From contig JBMNQN010000002.1 of assembly GCA_050944155.1 (NCBI GenBank), positions 72,705 through 136,704 of the forward strand: 64,000 nt of DNA, in the 5' to 3' direction. This DNA is from Candidatus Methanomethylophilaceae archaeon. Its GTDB lineage: Archaea; Thermoplasmatota; Thermoplasmata; Methanomassiliicoccales; Methanomethylophilaceae. Below are positions 27,477 to 38,198 of this stretch, piece by piece (position 1 is the first letter of the stretch; each line of letters begins with the position of its first letter). The translations under genes were made by a program, and so were the position numbers. The notes beneath the pieces are model-generated. The model was not told the DNA's origin. It made no database searches and saw nothing but the letters and a program-made list of their open reading frames with translations.

Positions 27477-28391
27477 ATGGCAAAAAGAAATCTGATATCC
27501 GTAATCGACATGAAGGACGAGTGGCCCGAACTCGTGGATCTGGCAATCCGCATGAAGGCCGAACGCGGAAGACACGGAGCCCCCCTGGCCAACAAATCCC
27601 TTGCTATGATTTTCGAAAAGCCCAGTACCAGAACCCGCATATCTTTCGATGTGGCAATGACCGAACTGGGCGGAAACGCCCTGTACATCGACGAATCCAA
27701 CCTTCAGATGGATCACGGCGAAACCGTCGAAGACACGGCAAAAGTGATGAGCCGTTTCGTACACGGAATCATGTACCGCGCCAAAGACTACAAAATCATG
27801 GATAAATTCGGAGAGTACGCAACCGTCCCGGTCATAAGCGGACTGGACAATCTGGAACATCCCTGTCAGGCTCTCGCCGATATGGTTACAATCAAAGAAA
27901 AACTCGGAGAATTCCGCGGAAAGAAACTTGTGTACATGGGAGACGGAAACAATGTGTGCAACTCTCTTCTCTACGCCTCGGCGATAATGGGTCTCGATAT
28001 GGTTGCATGCTGTCCCGCCGTAAGGATGCCCAACGCGGAAATCATGCTGAAAGCTTCCCGTATCGCGGACGCGAACGGATGCAACATCTCCGCAACCTAT
28101 GACCCCAAAGTGGCGTGCGTGGACGCAGACATACTTTACACGGACACCTGGATTTCCATGGGCGATACCACTCCGGTCAGCGAAGCCGTGAGGATTTTCC
28201 AGATGTATCAGATCAACAACGACATCCTGGCCATGGCCAAACCGGACTGCATAGTCATGCACTGTCTGCCCGCTTATAGGGGACAGGAAATAACGGCGGA
28301 AGTCATCGACGGTCCGCACAGCGTCGTGTTCGATCAGGCGGAGAACCGTCTGCACGCCCAGAAAGCGGTACTGTACACGCTGCTCAAATGA
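27477..28391 (+). CDS. argF: Ornithine carbamoyltransferase
   Basis: STRTR, HPCQ, DTWISMG, HCLP, QAENRLH. Confidence 0.95.
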   Translation: MAKRNLISVIDMKDEWPELVDLAIRMKAERGRHGAPLANKSLAMIFEKPSTRTRISFDVAMTELGGNALYIDESNLQMDHGETVEDTAKVMSRFVHGIMYRAKDYKIMDKFGEYATVPVISGLDNLEHPCQALADMVTIKEKLGEFRGKKLVYMGDGNNVCNSLLYASAIMGLDMVACCPAVRMPNAEIMLKASRIADANGCNISATYDPKVACVDADILYTDTWISMGDTTPVSEAVRIFQMYQINNDILAMAKPDCIVMHCLPAYRGQEITAEVIDGPHSVVFDQAENRLHAQKAVLYTLLK

Positions 28392-29793
28392 CCTGACAGG
28401 AAATCAGGTCTTCCGCGGCTTCGAGGAATTCTTCCTTCTTGTCCGGCGGAATCGTAGCGCCGGCGGCAATGCTGTGGCCGCCTCCGAACCCTCCCACGTG
28501 TTCGGCGGCGGTTTTCATAACGAAAGACAGGTTCAGACCCCTGTCCATTAACGAATGGTCGGCCCTTGCGGAAACCTTTATGCCGTCTTCCGCGTCGGCG
28601 AAGGCGATTATCGGCAGTTCCCGTTTGCAGATTCCGGAATTTAAAACCATTCCGGCGACTATTCCCACTACCGTTTCCTTTATTTCGTCTCCCGCGTCGA
28701 AATACTGAAGGAATCTGCGTTCGCGGATTAGACGGTTTTCTTTGATGTAATTTATCGCTCCGGAGATGTTGCGTCTGTGTTCGGTGCGGTTTGCTTCCGC
28801 ATCCGCCAGAGCGGACACGTCTCCTTTGCATATGCGCATTCCGGTTTCCGCGTCGTCGTAGCGTCCGCACGAATTCAGCAGAGTGGCATATTCTTTCGCG
28901 TCCCTCAGACCCGTGCCTTTTTCGAACTTCGGGAGGGTGTAAACCTCTCCTATAAGCATATGCTCTTTGTCACTGCCGACCAGCTCCACGAGTTTCTCCG
29001 TGACTCTGGATTTTTCTTTCGGTCCGAGGTCGTTCCAAGACTTCGTTCTGCCCCCGTCGTTAAGGCTTATTCCCAGTTCGGAATAGAATCTGGCACATGC
29101 CGGACCGGAGTTCGTCAATCCGGGCAGTTCGGGTTCGTTGGAGTATTGCAGGTACTGTATCAGGCTTCTCGTTTCCCTGCCGAAAAGCCTCAGGTCTTTC
29201 TCGGCGATTACGTCCCCTTCTTTTACGGCGTCTTCTAGAATCGAACGGTTCATTCCGGTGAGTCCGTATTCGACGCTGTCCTGAAAATCTCCCACGGCTC
29301 CGATAACAGCCAGATATGCCAGGTCCGTGTTTTCGGGATTAAGTTTTTTCGCTACTTCGTAGGTAACTCCGGCGCCGCTGATTTCCCTGGATCCGTCCAT
29401 TCCGAAGAGATGGGGATTCACATGGTAAACCGCCACGAAATCTTCGAGAACGGTCTGTCTGCGCTTCTTTCTGGAATCCGGGACGTGATGATCCGTTATG
29501 ACCAGTCCGTTTTTGCTGAATTCGGACGCGTATCCGCTCCCCAGGTCGCATATCCAGACCAAGTCCTTGCATGTGTTTACGCCGCTGACAACTTCTTCGG
29601 TTATTTTTTTCTCGAAAACGACTTCGTGCGCTATGCCCAATCTGTCAAGTGCCAGTGATGCTATGGACCCGGCGGAAATGCCGTCCGCGTCTATGTGGGT
29701 TATCACTTTGACGTAGTCTGCCCCGCGTATTGCGTCCGCGGCTCTTTCGGCCGCTTTGCGGAATCCGGAAACGTTACCAGACGAATCCCGCAT
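28384..29793 (-). CDS. RecJ/Cdc45-like DHH-DHHA1 phosphoesterase
   Basis: HIDADG, DLGSG, DHH, GGGHSIAAG. Confidence 0.9.
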   Translation of the reverse strand: MRDSSGNVSGFRKAAERAADAIRGADYVKVITHIDADGISAGSIASLALDRLGIAHEVVFEKKITEEVVSGVNTCKDLVWICDLGSGYASEFSKNGLVITDHHVPDSRKKRRQTVLEDFVAVYHVNPHLFGMDGSREISGAGVTYEVAKKLNPENTDLAYLAVIGAVGDFQDSVEYGLTGMNRSILEDAVKEGDVIAEKDLRLFGRETRSLIQYLQYSNEPELPGLTNSGPACARFYSELGISLNDGGRTKSWNDLGPKEKSRVTEKLVELVGSDKEHMLIGEVYTLPKFEKGTGLRDAKEYATLLNSCGRYDDAETGMRICKGDVSALADAEANRTEHRRNISGAINYIKENRLIRERRFLQYFDAGDEIKETVVGIVAGMVLNSGICKRELPIIAFADAEDGIKVSARADHSLMDRGLNLSFVMKTAAEHVGGFGGGHSIAAGATIPPDKKEEFLEAAEDLISCQVI

Positions 29794-30535
29794 ACTCCCT
29801 CACCAGTTTTTCGTAAACTCTTTCCGCCACTGCCGTAAGGTTAACCGTATCGGCTCTGTTGTATTCGATCAGTGTGTTCAGTGCGTCCCTGTCTCCGAAA
29901 TCGTCCCACTTTTTCCAGAGCATTACGGCTTCGAAACCGTCCACCCCCTTTATTTCCTCGTCCCTGGAAATCCCCATCTGGCTCTCTATGATTTTCAGAC
30001 CCCCCCTGTATCCCGCTTTTCTTGCTCCGAATCTCAGATCGAAGTGGGGGTACTCCAAATCCAGCGTCGGGAAGCTTTCCCTGAGGACGGGAATGTCGAA
30101 ACAGCTTCCGTTGAAAGTTACCAGCATGGAGACTCCGTCCAAAGCGTCGGAGAGGGTTCCGGCGTCCAAATCCTTACCCTGGGTCAGCGTGACGGTATCT
30201 TTTTCGGTATGAATCGTGACGACGGTGACAAGAGATGTTCTTTCGAGTCCGTCCGTCTCTATATCCAGATAGGCGGCGTTCTTTCCGAATTCGCCGAACA
30301 GACGCCATCTTTCGGATCCGGGAAGCATATCGTTCAGACCCGCAGCGTCTCCGGAATCCAGAAGTTCTTCGGCTTCGAGTATGGCGGCGTCGCACTTCTT
30401 TTTAAATCCTGCGGAAACGTGGCTCACGCTGTCCGCGGAGAGAAAATCGTCCCAATCCCTGATTCCGGATTCCCAAATGCGTTTTTCCTTCTTCACCCCG
30501 ATGGACGGAGCGATGCTGAAGGTGTGTCTGATCAT
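29774..30535 (-). CDS. YprB-like RNase H-fold exonuclease
   Basis: YLDIETDG, TFNGSCFD, GGLK.IE, YNRAD. Confidence 0.88.
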   Translation of the reverse strand: MIRHTFSIAPSIGVKKEKRIWESGIRDWDDFLSADSVSHVSAGFKKKCDAAILEAEELLDSGDAAGLNDMLPGSERWRLFGEFGKNAAYLDIETDGLERTSLVTVVTIHTEKDTVTLTQGKDLDAGTLSDALDGVSMLVTFNGSCFDIPVLRESFPTLDLEYPHFDLRFGARKAGYRGGLKIIESQMGISRDEEIKGVDGFEAVMLWKKWDDFGDRDALNTLIEYNRADTVNLTAVAERVYEKLVREYAGFVW

Positions 30536-30619
30536 CGGTTACGGCTATGTCGGTTCGCCTAATAACGTTGCCGTCCCCCGATGCGCGGAGTTATTAGCCC
30601 GTCCGGCATTAGGTCCGTC

Positions 30620-31336
30620 ATGCATACCTGCGAAATCCTGCCGGGAGTCGTCATAACCGACGACAGATGCGTTCTTCTGGACGAAGGGCGCACCGCGGCA
30701 ATCGGAGATCTGCATCTCGGATACGAAAGGGCGCTGGAGGACGAAGGACTCTACCTTCCGAGAATCAACACGGGAACCATCAGGGACGCCCTGAACGGAA
30801 TCATAGGCCGTTACGAACCGGAAAGGATAGTTCTGTTGGGAGACATCAAACACGATTTCCGCCGTTCGCAGTCGGAACCCGCCCGGGAGATAAGGGAGAT
30901 AATCGGACTCATATCAGAGGCCGCGGAAGCGGTTCTGGTCCGGGGCAACCACGACAACTACATCCAGAACATACTGGCGGGGATGGGAGTCGATGCGGTT
31001 TCTTCGGTGGATATCGCCGGATTCAGACTGGAACACGGGCATGTCGATTCCGGGATAAGGCCGGTAATAATCGGGCACGAACACCCGGCGGTAAGAATCC
31101 CCGGCCCCAACGGGATGAAACTCCAGTGTTTCGTGCTGGCAAGGAAAGAGGGAGTTCTGGTGGTTCCTCCGTTCAGCCCCATGTCTCCCGGAAACGATCT
31201 GCTTTCCGAAGACGCCGTCATGGCTCCCGCCCTGCAGAAATGCGATTTGGGAAAGGCGGAGATATACGGAGTTTCCGAGCTGGGCATTTTCCCTCTCGGA
31301 GATCTTTCAGGTCTGGCGGACATGGAAATGCGCTGA
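30620..31336 (+). CDS. Calcineurin-like metallophosphoesterase (ligase/Lhr-associated type)
   Basis: DLHLG, GDIKH, GNHD, HGH, GHEHP. Confidence 0.88.
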   Translation: MHTCEILPGVVITDDRCVLLDEGRTAAIGDLHLGYERALEDEGLYLPRINTGTIRDALNGIIGRYEPERIVLLGDIKHDFRRSQSEPAREIREIIGLISEAAEAVLVRGNHDNYIQNILAGMGVDAVSSVDIAGFRLEHGHVDSGIRPVIIGHEHPAVRIPGPNGMKLQCFVLARKEGVLVVPPFSPMSPGNDLLSEDAVMAPALQKCDLGKAEIYGVSELGIFPLGDLSGLADMEMR

Positions 31337-31410
31337 CGCGGTTAACGCTGTTTCCGCGAACCTTGGGATTAAATAATAAGATAGTATTCTAACCCGCAGG
31401 AGAATATATC

Positions 31411-32442
31411 ATGACAATGACTCCAAGAGACAGAGTGCTTGCAGCAATGAAGAAAGAGAAACTCGACAGACCTCCCGTTGCCATCTTCACACAGTCCGCA
31501 ACCGTCGGACAGATGGACAAAGTCGGCGCGGCATGGCCCGAGGCTCACAAGTCTGCAGAGCTTATGGCAAAACTGGGAGCGGCCCAGGCCGACGTTCACG
31601 GCTTCGAGTGCTGCAGAGCCCCCTTCTGCCTTACCGCGGAAGCCGAGAGACTCGGCTGCGTAGTGCAGGTAGACAAGAAAGAAGCTTCCCCTATGATTAA
31701 GAAGCACCCCTTCAAATTCGACCCCATGTCCGAGGAATATGACTCCCCCGACGGACTCATGTCCCCCGAAGAATTCATCGCCGGCGGAAGGCCCGCCGAA
31801 GCAATCAAAGCCATGGGAATCATGAAGAAGACCCACGGCGAGAAATACGCAATCGTTGCCGGAAACACCGGACCGTTCACGCTTGCCGGACACATGGTCA
31901 GCACCGAGAACCTTGTTTTCGGAATGATGATGGCTCCCGACCAGGTCACCAAATGGGTAGAGGGAGTTACTCCCATATGCAAAGCGTACACCCAGGCCCT
32001 CATCGACAACGGTGCAGACGTCGTTCAGATGTCCGAACCCACCGCGTCCACCGACATGATCGCACCCGACATGTTCGAGGATGCATCCGGAAAATACGTC
32101 ACCGAAGCTCTCGCATCCGTTAAGAACGGATTCTCCGTTCTCCACGTCTGCGGAGACACCTTGCCCATCCTCGAGATGATGGTTGCAACCGGCGTAACCG
32201 GAATATCCATCGAAGAGAAAGTCAACCCCTTCAAAGCTTACGAGCATGTCGGAGGAAAGACCGTTCTCGTAGGAAACGTCGGATCCGTCAGACCTCTGTT
32301 CCAGGGAACCCCCCAGGAAGTCATGGAGAAGACGAAGGAATCCGTCGAAGCGGGCTTCAACGTGATTTCGTCCGGATGCGGTATCGCCGCAGAAACCAGC
32401 GACGAAAACATGCTCGCCATGGTCAAAGCCGTTAAGGGATAA
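31411..32442 (+). CDS. mtaA: Methylcobamide:CoM methyltransferase MtaA/MtbA
   Basis: EAERLGC, GPFTLA, EPTAS, Zn ligands HVCG and GCGI; strong C-ending codon bias; AGGAG RBS. Confidence 0.9.
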   Translation: MTMTPRDRVLAAMKKEKLDRPPVAIFTQSATVGQMDKVGAAWPEAHKSAELMAKLGAAQADVHGFECCRAPFCLTAEAERLGCVVQVDKKEASPMIKKHPFKFDPMSEEYDSPDGLMSPEEFIAGGRPAEAIKAMGIMKKTHGEKYAIVAGNTGPFTLAGHMVSTENLVFGMMMAPDQVTKWVEGVTPICKAYTQALIDNGADVVQMSEPTASTDMIAPDMFEDASGKYVTEALASVKNGFSVLHVCGDTLPILEMMVATGVTGISIEEKVNPFKAYEHVGGKTVLVGNVGSVRPLFQGTPQEVMEKTKESVEAGFNVISSGCGIAAETSDENMLAMVKAVKG

Positions 32443-32483
32443 ACGCATCCCGACGGCCCGACCGATCAAACTTCTTAATTGCC

Positions 32484-32503
32484 TCCGGCAGTTTTCTGCC
32501 GGA
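32484..32503 (+). terminator. Hairpin after mtaA
   Basis: TCCGGCAG-TTTT-CTGCCGGA perfect 8-bp stem. Confidence 0.5.
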
Positions 32504-32588
32504 ATACCGGCTTATCTACGGAAAAGCCAGGTCCGTAATTTTTTCCGGTTCCGATATCTTTATCGTGATATTTCGCCTTAAGATTGTT

Positions 32589-33299
32589 ATGACGGAATAT
32601 CTTGCCAAAAATGCGTTCTATGCGGACAGAATAAAGACCGTTATAAAAACGAAGTACGAGCCCGTTGCCATAAGGCTGATACGGGAGGGAGAAGATTTTC
32701 CCGGCGGATACGTTAAGCCCGAAAAACAGATGTCCCATTGTCAGGCCGTAATGCGTGCGAGAAAAGGCGAGCGCATAACCCTGAAGGCCGAGGACAGCAG
32801 CTGCCGCGTGGGTGCGTCCGCTCTCGGAATGAGCGAAACGCCCGACGGAGTAGCAGACGGCACGTTCCATTACAACCTGGGTGCTTACGCGTCTCCGGAA
32901 GCTGCCGCGGAAACGATTTCCCAGAGACTGATTCCCAAGGAAAAGATAATCGGAGAAATCCTGGTCCCTCTGAAAGACGCGGACTTCGAGCCCGACGTCG
33001 TCGCAATCGTGGACATTCCCGAAAGAATCTACTGGGTCGTGCCCCTGTCCACCGTGGACAAAGGGGGCAGAGTGGAGTTCAGCACTTCCGCGTTCCAATG
33101 CGCCTGCGAAGACATAACCGTGATACCCATGATAACCCAGCGTCTGAACATTTCCCTCGGGTGCTACGGAAGCCGCAGGAGAACGGACATGGGGCCGGAA
33201 GAGATGGCTCTCGGGATTCCTTACGGGATGATCGAAGGATTCATGCCGCACCTCGAAAAGTACGAATCCGGAATCATGACCAAGGCTAAACGCGACTGA
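32589..33299 (+). CDS. DUF169 family protein
   Basis: PVAIRL, SHCQAV, C.VGASALG, PDVV, SLGCYGSR. Confidence 0.85.
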   Translation: MTEYLAKNAFYADRIKTVIKTKYEPVAIRLIREGEDFPGGYVKPEKQMSHCQAVMRARKGERITLKAEDSSCRVGASALGMSETPDGVADGTFHYNLGAYASPEAAAETISQRLIPKEKIIGEILVPLKDADFEPDVVAIVDIPERIYWVVPLSTVDKGGRVEFSTSAFQCACEDITVIPMITQRLNISLGCYGSRRRTDMGPEEMALGIPYGMIEGFMPHLEKYESGIMTKAKRD

Positions 33300-33415
33300 A
33301 ATATTTTTATTCGGTCCCACTTATTATTTTCTTTATATACTCGGTAACACGGTTTCGGGCTAAAATATGCGTATTTCTTTTATTTTGTTAGAAATTAGCC
33401 CCGTTTATGGGTGAG

Positions 33416-33492
33416 TTTTATATTACGATACCAAGTTACGCGCTCTGCAAGGGGCCGCGGGAACCTTATCCCGCAGAAGAAAGAACGGAGGT
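33416..33492 (+). promoter_or_regulatory. Putative mcr promoter (TATA box), leader and RBS
   Basis: TTTTATAT at 33416, leader hairpin 33457-33474, GGAGGT before the mcrB ATG. Confidence 0.5.
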
Positions 33493-33497
33493 AAAAA

Positions 33498-34826
33498 ATG
33501 CCAAAATACGAGGACGTAATTGACTTGTATGACGACAGGGGAAAACGCATAGCCAAAGACATTCCCCTCGAAGCCATCAGTCCGTTGCGCAACAAGGCAA
33601 TCCAGAGGATTGCGGACCTCACCAAGAGGACCTGTGCCGTCAACCTTGCCGGTATCGAGAAAGCTCTCAAGACCGGAAACATGATGGGCATGTCCATCAA
33701 AGGTAAGGAAATCGACATACCCCTGGTAGCCAACGCGGAAAAGGTTGCGAAAGCAGTCAAAGAGATGATTCAGGTAGTACCCGACGACGACACCGTCGTC
33801 AAAGTGAAATCTGGCGGAAAGAACCTTATTGTGGTGCTTCCCGACGCCAGAGCCAACGTGGGTATCGAATACACCACCGGTTTCACCAGCACGGCAGCGG
33901 CAGTTACCGAAGCGATCATCGATATTTTCGATGTTCCCATGTACAAAGCCAACATGGTAAAGGGAGCCGTATGGGGATCTTACCCCCAGACCGTCAACTT
34001 CGCCGGATCCAACATCAAATCGATCCTTGAAGTTCCCCAGAACAACGAAGGAGCCGGTTACGCTCTCAGGAACATCATGTCCAACCACGTGGTCGCGCTC
34101 GTCGACAGGAACGCCATGCAGGGTGTTGCTCTGTCTTCGATTTTCGAGCAGACCGCTTCCTTTGAAATGGGAGACGCCGTGGGACCCTTCGAGAGAGGAC
34201 ACCTCCTCGGACTCGCTTACCAGGGACTCAACGCCAACAACATGCTCTACTCCATAGTCAAAAAGAACGGAAAGACCGGAACCGTCGGAACCGTTATCGA
34301 ATCCCTTATGGAGAGAGCCATCGACGACGGAGTCATCCGTGTCAAAGAGACGCTCCCCTCGGGATACAAGATTTACACCACCGATGACCTCATGAAATGG
34401 AACGCCTACGCCGCTGTCGGACAGGTTGCCGCCGTTATGGTCAACGTCGGAGCCGCGAGAGCCGCTCAGGGTGTACCTTCCACCATTCTGTACTACAACG
34501 ACCTTCTCGAGCACGAAACCGGACTCCCCGGTGTCGACTACGGAAGATCCATGGGTGTCTGTGTGGGAATGTCGTTCTTCTCTCACTCCATCTACGGAGG
34601 AGGAGGACCCGGTCTGTTCCACGGAAACCACGTCGTTACCAGACACTCCAAAGGCGTACTGATTCCCGCCGTCACTGCAGGAAACTGCCTGGACGGAGGA
34701 ACCCAGACTTTCTCGGCCGAGGCCACTTCCGGTCTCTTCAAGGAAGTCTTCGGAGACATGGACGAATTCCGTCACCCCATTCAGGTAGTGGCGGCAGAGG
34801 CTAAGAAAATAAAGAACAAGGTCTGA
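33498..34826 (+). CDS. mcrB: Methyl-coenzyme M reductase beta subunit
   Basis: [36 protein letters not shown]. Confidence 0.98.
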   Translation: MPKYEDVIDLYDDRGKRIAKDIPLEAISPLRNKAIQRIADLTKRTCAVNLAGIEKALKTGNMMGMSIKGKEIDIPLVANAEKVAKAVKEMIQVVPDDDTVVKVKSGGKNLIVVLPDARANVGIEYTTGFTSTAAAVTEAIIDIFDVPMYKANMVKGAVWGSYPQTVNFAGSNIKSILEVPQNNEGAGYALRNIMSNHVVALVDRNAMQGVALSSIFEQTASFEMGDAVGPFERGHLLGLAYQGLNANNMLYSIVKKNGKTGTVGTVIESLMERAIDDGVIRVKETLPSGYKIYTTDDLMKWNAYAAVGQVAAVMVNVGAARAAQGVPSTILYYNDLLEHETGLPGVDYGRSMGVCVGMSFFSHSIYGGGGPGLFHGNHVVTRHSKGVLIPAVTAGNCLDGGTQTFSAEATSGLFKEVFGDMDEFRHPIQVVAAEAKKIKNKV

Positions 34827-34831
34827 GTCGT

Positions 34832-35260
34832 ATGCCGATGAAACCCCCGACGGAATACGCAGGAGTGCCCCTTCCTGAAGTAAGGGTCGTCACCAACCGT
34901 CTCCTTAACGCGGAGACAACCGAGAAAGTCCTTAACGGACTCGAAAAAATAGAAAATATCAGACAGGTCAACGTTTCGGGCGAAAGTCTGCCCGCAAAGA
35001 TAAACAGCGGCCCCAACAAGGGACTGGACAACAACCATCCCCAGCGCCGCATTATAAACGTCTCCGGCAGAGAGGTCGAACTCAGATGCCAGGTCGGATA
35101 TTTCTTCATCGAACTCGAGGTTGAAGACGAGGAAGCGCTCGACGCGGCCGTCGAAAAGATCAAAGCAGTGTGCGATGAACACATCGAGCACGGATTCAGC
35201 ATTGATCTGGGAAGATATTCGAAATACAGAACCAGCCTTAATGACTACAAAGGTGTATAA
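34832..35260 (+). CDS. mcrD: MCR operon protein D
   Basis: RLLNAETTEKVLN, GESLP...GP.KG, ELRCQVG; lies between mcrB and mcrG. Confidence 0.93.
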   Translation: MPMKPPTEYAGVPLPEVRVVTNRLLNAETTEKVLNGLEKIENIRQVNVSGESLPAKINSGPNKGLDNNHPQRRIINVSGREVELRCQVGYFFIELEVEDEEALDAAVEKIKAVCDEHIEHGFSIDLGRYSKYRTSLNDYKGV

Positions 35261-35261
35261 T

Positions 35262-36035
35262 ATGGCTTATTCAAGACAGTTCTACCCTGGAGAATCCAGC
35301 CCCGCGAAAGCTAGACGCAGGATTATGGACCCCAAAGTAAAACTGAAGAAACTCCGCGACGTCCCCATAGAGGATGTCGTAAGGCTTATGGGACACCGCA
35401 ACCCCGGAGAGGATTACAGAGCAATCCACCCGCCCATCGAGGAAGGCTCCGAGCCCGACTGCCCCATAAGAAAATTGGTCACCCCCATCGAGGGTGCAAA
35501 ACACGGCGACAGGATCAGGTACATCCAGTTCACTGACTCTGTTTACTTCGCGCCCGTATCTCCCTACCAGAGGGCGTGGATGTATCTCTCCAGGCACAGA
35601 GGAATCGATACCGGTACTCTGTCCGGAAGACAGATCATTGAAGTGAGGGAAAGAGACCTCGAGAAACTCGCCAAAGAGTACATAGACAACGAAACCTTCG
35701 ACCCGGCTCTTACCGGAATAAGGGGAGCTACCGTCCATGGACACGCATGCCGTCTCGACGAGAACGGACTGATGTTCGACGCGTGGCAGAGATACATCTG
35801 GGACGACCAGAAGAAAGAAGTCTGCTACGTCAAAGACCAGGTTGCTCTGCCCCTCGACAAGAAGATCTACCTCGGAAAGCCCGCGTCCATGGAAGACCTC
35901 AGGAAGAGGACGACCATCTTCAGAGCCGACGGCGTAGACATGCTTGACGACAAAGAGGTTTCCAAATACCAGCACAGAATCCACAAGCTGAGGACTCTCG
36001 GCGGATTCAGACCCTTCAAGGTAAAGGGAGAGTGA
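35262..36035 (+). CDS. mcrG: MCR gamma subunit
   Basis: [33 protein letters not shown]. Confidence 0.98.
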   Translation: MAYSRQFYPGESSPAKARRRIMDPKVKLKKLRDVPIEDVVRLMGHRNPGEDYRAIHPPIEEGSEPDCPIRKLVTPIEGAKHGDRIRYIQFTDSVYFAPVSPYQRAWMYLSRHRGIDTGTLSGRQIIEVRERDLEKLAKEYIDNETFDPALTGIRGATVHGHACRLDENGLMFDAWQRYIWDDQKKEVCYVKDQVALPLDKKIYLGKPASMEDLRKRTTIFRADGVDMLDDKEVSKYQHRIHKLRTLGGFRPFKVKGE

Positions 36036-36040
36036 AATCA

Positions 36041-37699
36041 ATGGCAGAGAAAGAGAAACTTTTCATGGAAGCCTGTAAGAAGAAATTCAAAGAGGCTCCC
36101 ACAGAGATGGACACCACGTACTACAACTACGGCGGTTGGAAACAGTCCAAGAGCAAGGTGGAGTTCCAGAAAGAAGCGATGAAGATCGCCGAGAAGCGCG
36201 GATTCCCCATGATGAACGAGGACATAGGAGTTCCTCTCGGACAGAGGTCCTGGATGCCCTACCAGCTGTCCCACACGGACATGTTCGTAGAGCCCGATGA
36301 CCTCCACTGCATCAACAACCCTGCTATCCAGCAGGCCTGGGACGACATCAGAAGGACCATCCTCGTCGGACTCGACTCTCCTCACCAGACCATCGAGAAA
36401 AGGCTCGGAAAAGAAGTCACCCCCGAGACGATCAACTCTTACCTGGAGACGGTTAACCACACCATCCCCGGAGGAGCGGTCGTTCAGGAGCACATGGCGG
36501 AAGTCAACCCCGCTCTCGTGTACGACTCTTACGTAAAGGTCTTCTCCGGAGACGACGAACTGATCGACGAGCTCGACAAGAGATTCGTCATCGACATCAA
36601 CAAGCTCTTCCCCGAAGACCAGGCCGAGCAGCTCAAGAAAGCAATCGGAAAAACTCTGATGCAGGCTGCCCGTGTTCCCTCCATAGTCGGAAGGGTCATG
36701 GACGGTGCCACCACATCCAGGCACGCCGCCATGCAGATTTCGATGGCTTTCATCTCTTCGTACAAACTGGCTGCCGGAGAAGCCGCAATCGCCGACTTCG
36801 CATATTCCGCAAAGCACCAGTCCATCACGATGGGTACCATGATGCCCGCAAGGCGTGCCAGAGGACCCAACGAGCCCGGAGGAATCAAGTTCGGATACAT
36901 GGCCGACATAGCCCAGTCCGACCGTGTTTACCCCGACGACCCCGGACGCGCAGCCCTTGAAGCCGTCGCGCTGGGAGCCATCATCTACGATCAGGTCTAC
37001 CTCGGCGGATACATGTCCGGAGGTGTCGGATTCACCCAGTACGCAACTGCGGCATACACCGACAACATCCTCGAGGACTATGTGTACTACGCCATAGACC
37101 AGATTAAGAGCAAATACGGAGGATTATGCAAACTTGACCCCACCGACTACGAGGAAATAATGAACCTCGCGGAAGACGTCAACACCTACTCTCTCAGCAT
37201 GTACGAGAAGTACCCCGCCGTCATGGAAACCCACTTCGGCGGATCTCAGAGAGCAACCGTTGCCGCCGCGTCCACCGGTATCGCCGGTGCGATGGCTACC
37301 GGTGTTGCCGACTGCGGTCTCAACTGCTGGTACTACTCCATGCTCGAGCACAAAGAGAGGACCGGAAGACTCGGATTCTACGGATTCGACCTTCAGGACC
37401 AGTGCGGTTCCGCCAACTCCTTCGCGTACAGATCTGACGAGGGTCTGCCCATGGAAGCCCGCGGTCCGAACTACCCCAACTACGCAATGAACGTCGGTCA
37501 CCTTTCCGGATACACCGGAATTCCCAAGGCAGCCCACGTAGCCCGCGGCGACGCTTTCACAGCCAACCCGTTCGTACGTGTCGCTTTCGCAGACCCCTCG
37601 CTCCAGTTTGACTTCGCGAACATCACGAAGGAAATCGGACGCGGCGGACTCAGGGAATTCATGCCTGCCGGCGAGAGAACCGCGGTCATCAAGGGATGA
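36041..37699 (+). CDS. mcrA: MCR alpha subunit
   Basis: [57 protein letters not shown]. Confidence 0.99.
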   Translation: MAEKEKLFMEACKKKFKEAPTEMDTTYYNYGGWKQSKSKVEFQKEAMKIAEKRGFPMMNEDIGVPLGQRSWMPYQLSHTDMFVEPDDLHCINNPAIQQAWDDIRRTILVGLDSPHQTIEKRLGKEVTPETINSYLETVNHTIPGGAVVQEHMAEVNPALVYDSYVKVFSGDDELIDELDKRFVIDINKLFPEDQAEQLKKAIGKTLMQAARVPSIVGRVMDGATTSRHAAMQISMAFISSYKLAAGEAAIADFAYSAKHQSITMGTMMPARRARGPNEPGGIKFGYMADIAQSDRVYPDDPGRAALEAVALGAIIYDQVYLGGYMSGGVGFTQYATAAYTDNILEDYVYYAIDQIKSKYGGLCKLDPTDYEEIMNLAEDVNTYSLSMYEKYPAVMETHFGGSQRATVAAASTGIAGAMATGVADCGLNCWYYSMLEHKERTGRLGFYGFDLQDQCGSANSFAYRSDEGLPMEARGPNYPNYAMNVGHLSGYTGIPKAAHVARGDAFTANPFVRVAFADPSLQFDFANITKEIGRGGLREFMPAGERTAVIKG

Positions 37700-37703
37700 T
37701 TCG

Positions 37704-37982
37704 GTGCAGGTAGGAGATTTCGCCAAATACCTTCCCACATCAACGGTCGGGAAGATAACCGAGATAAAGGAGGTCGACGGAAAAGTCTGGATCAGACTTG
37801 ACTATACCGGCCTCTACTACGGCTCGGAATATCTCATACCGGCCGAAGAGTCGGAATACAGCCCAATCTCCTACAAAGAGCGCGAAAAGAAGTTCGAAGG
37901 AAGGATGCAGAGTATCGAGGAAGCCGCAAAAACCGCGCGCGAAGTCGATATTTCCGAATTCATGCCTTCGGGCGGCGGATAA
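37704..37982 (+). CDS. DUF2098 family protein
   Basis: VG..AKY..T.TVGKI......DGKVW..LD.T.LYY...YL pattern, C-terminal GGG; GTG 4 nt after the mcrA stop. Confidence 0.8.
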   Translation: MQVGDFAKYLPTSTVGKITEIKEVDGKVWIRLDYTGLYYGSEYLIPAEESEYSPISYKEREKKFEGRMQSIEEAAKTAREVDISEFMPSGGG

Positions 37983-38198
37983 ACCTTTTACCCCAAACTT
38001 TATTTTTTTTCCTTTTCCGGACTGTTTCGTACGCATTCCGTTTCTTATTACGGAATTTCCGTATTGTAAATTTTTAACATTATAAGTCGGGATCCGTTCT
38101 CATTTTCGTCAAAGTAACAGTTTCCGAAGAGACGGTTTTTCTTTTTGACGGCGGGTCTTTCGTCGGTATTTTCTATATCTAATTGCATGGGGCGAAAC

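Noticed and set aside
33423-37738. Long antisense ORFs mirroring mcrB, mcrG and mcrA
   Set aside because: Expected from strong codon bias in highly expressed genes.
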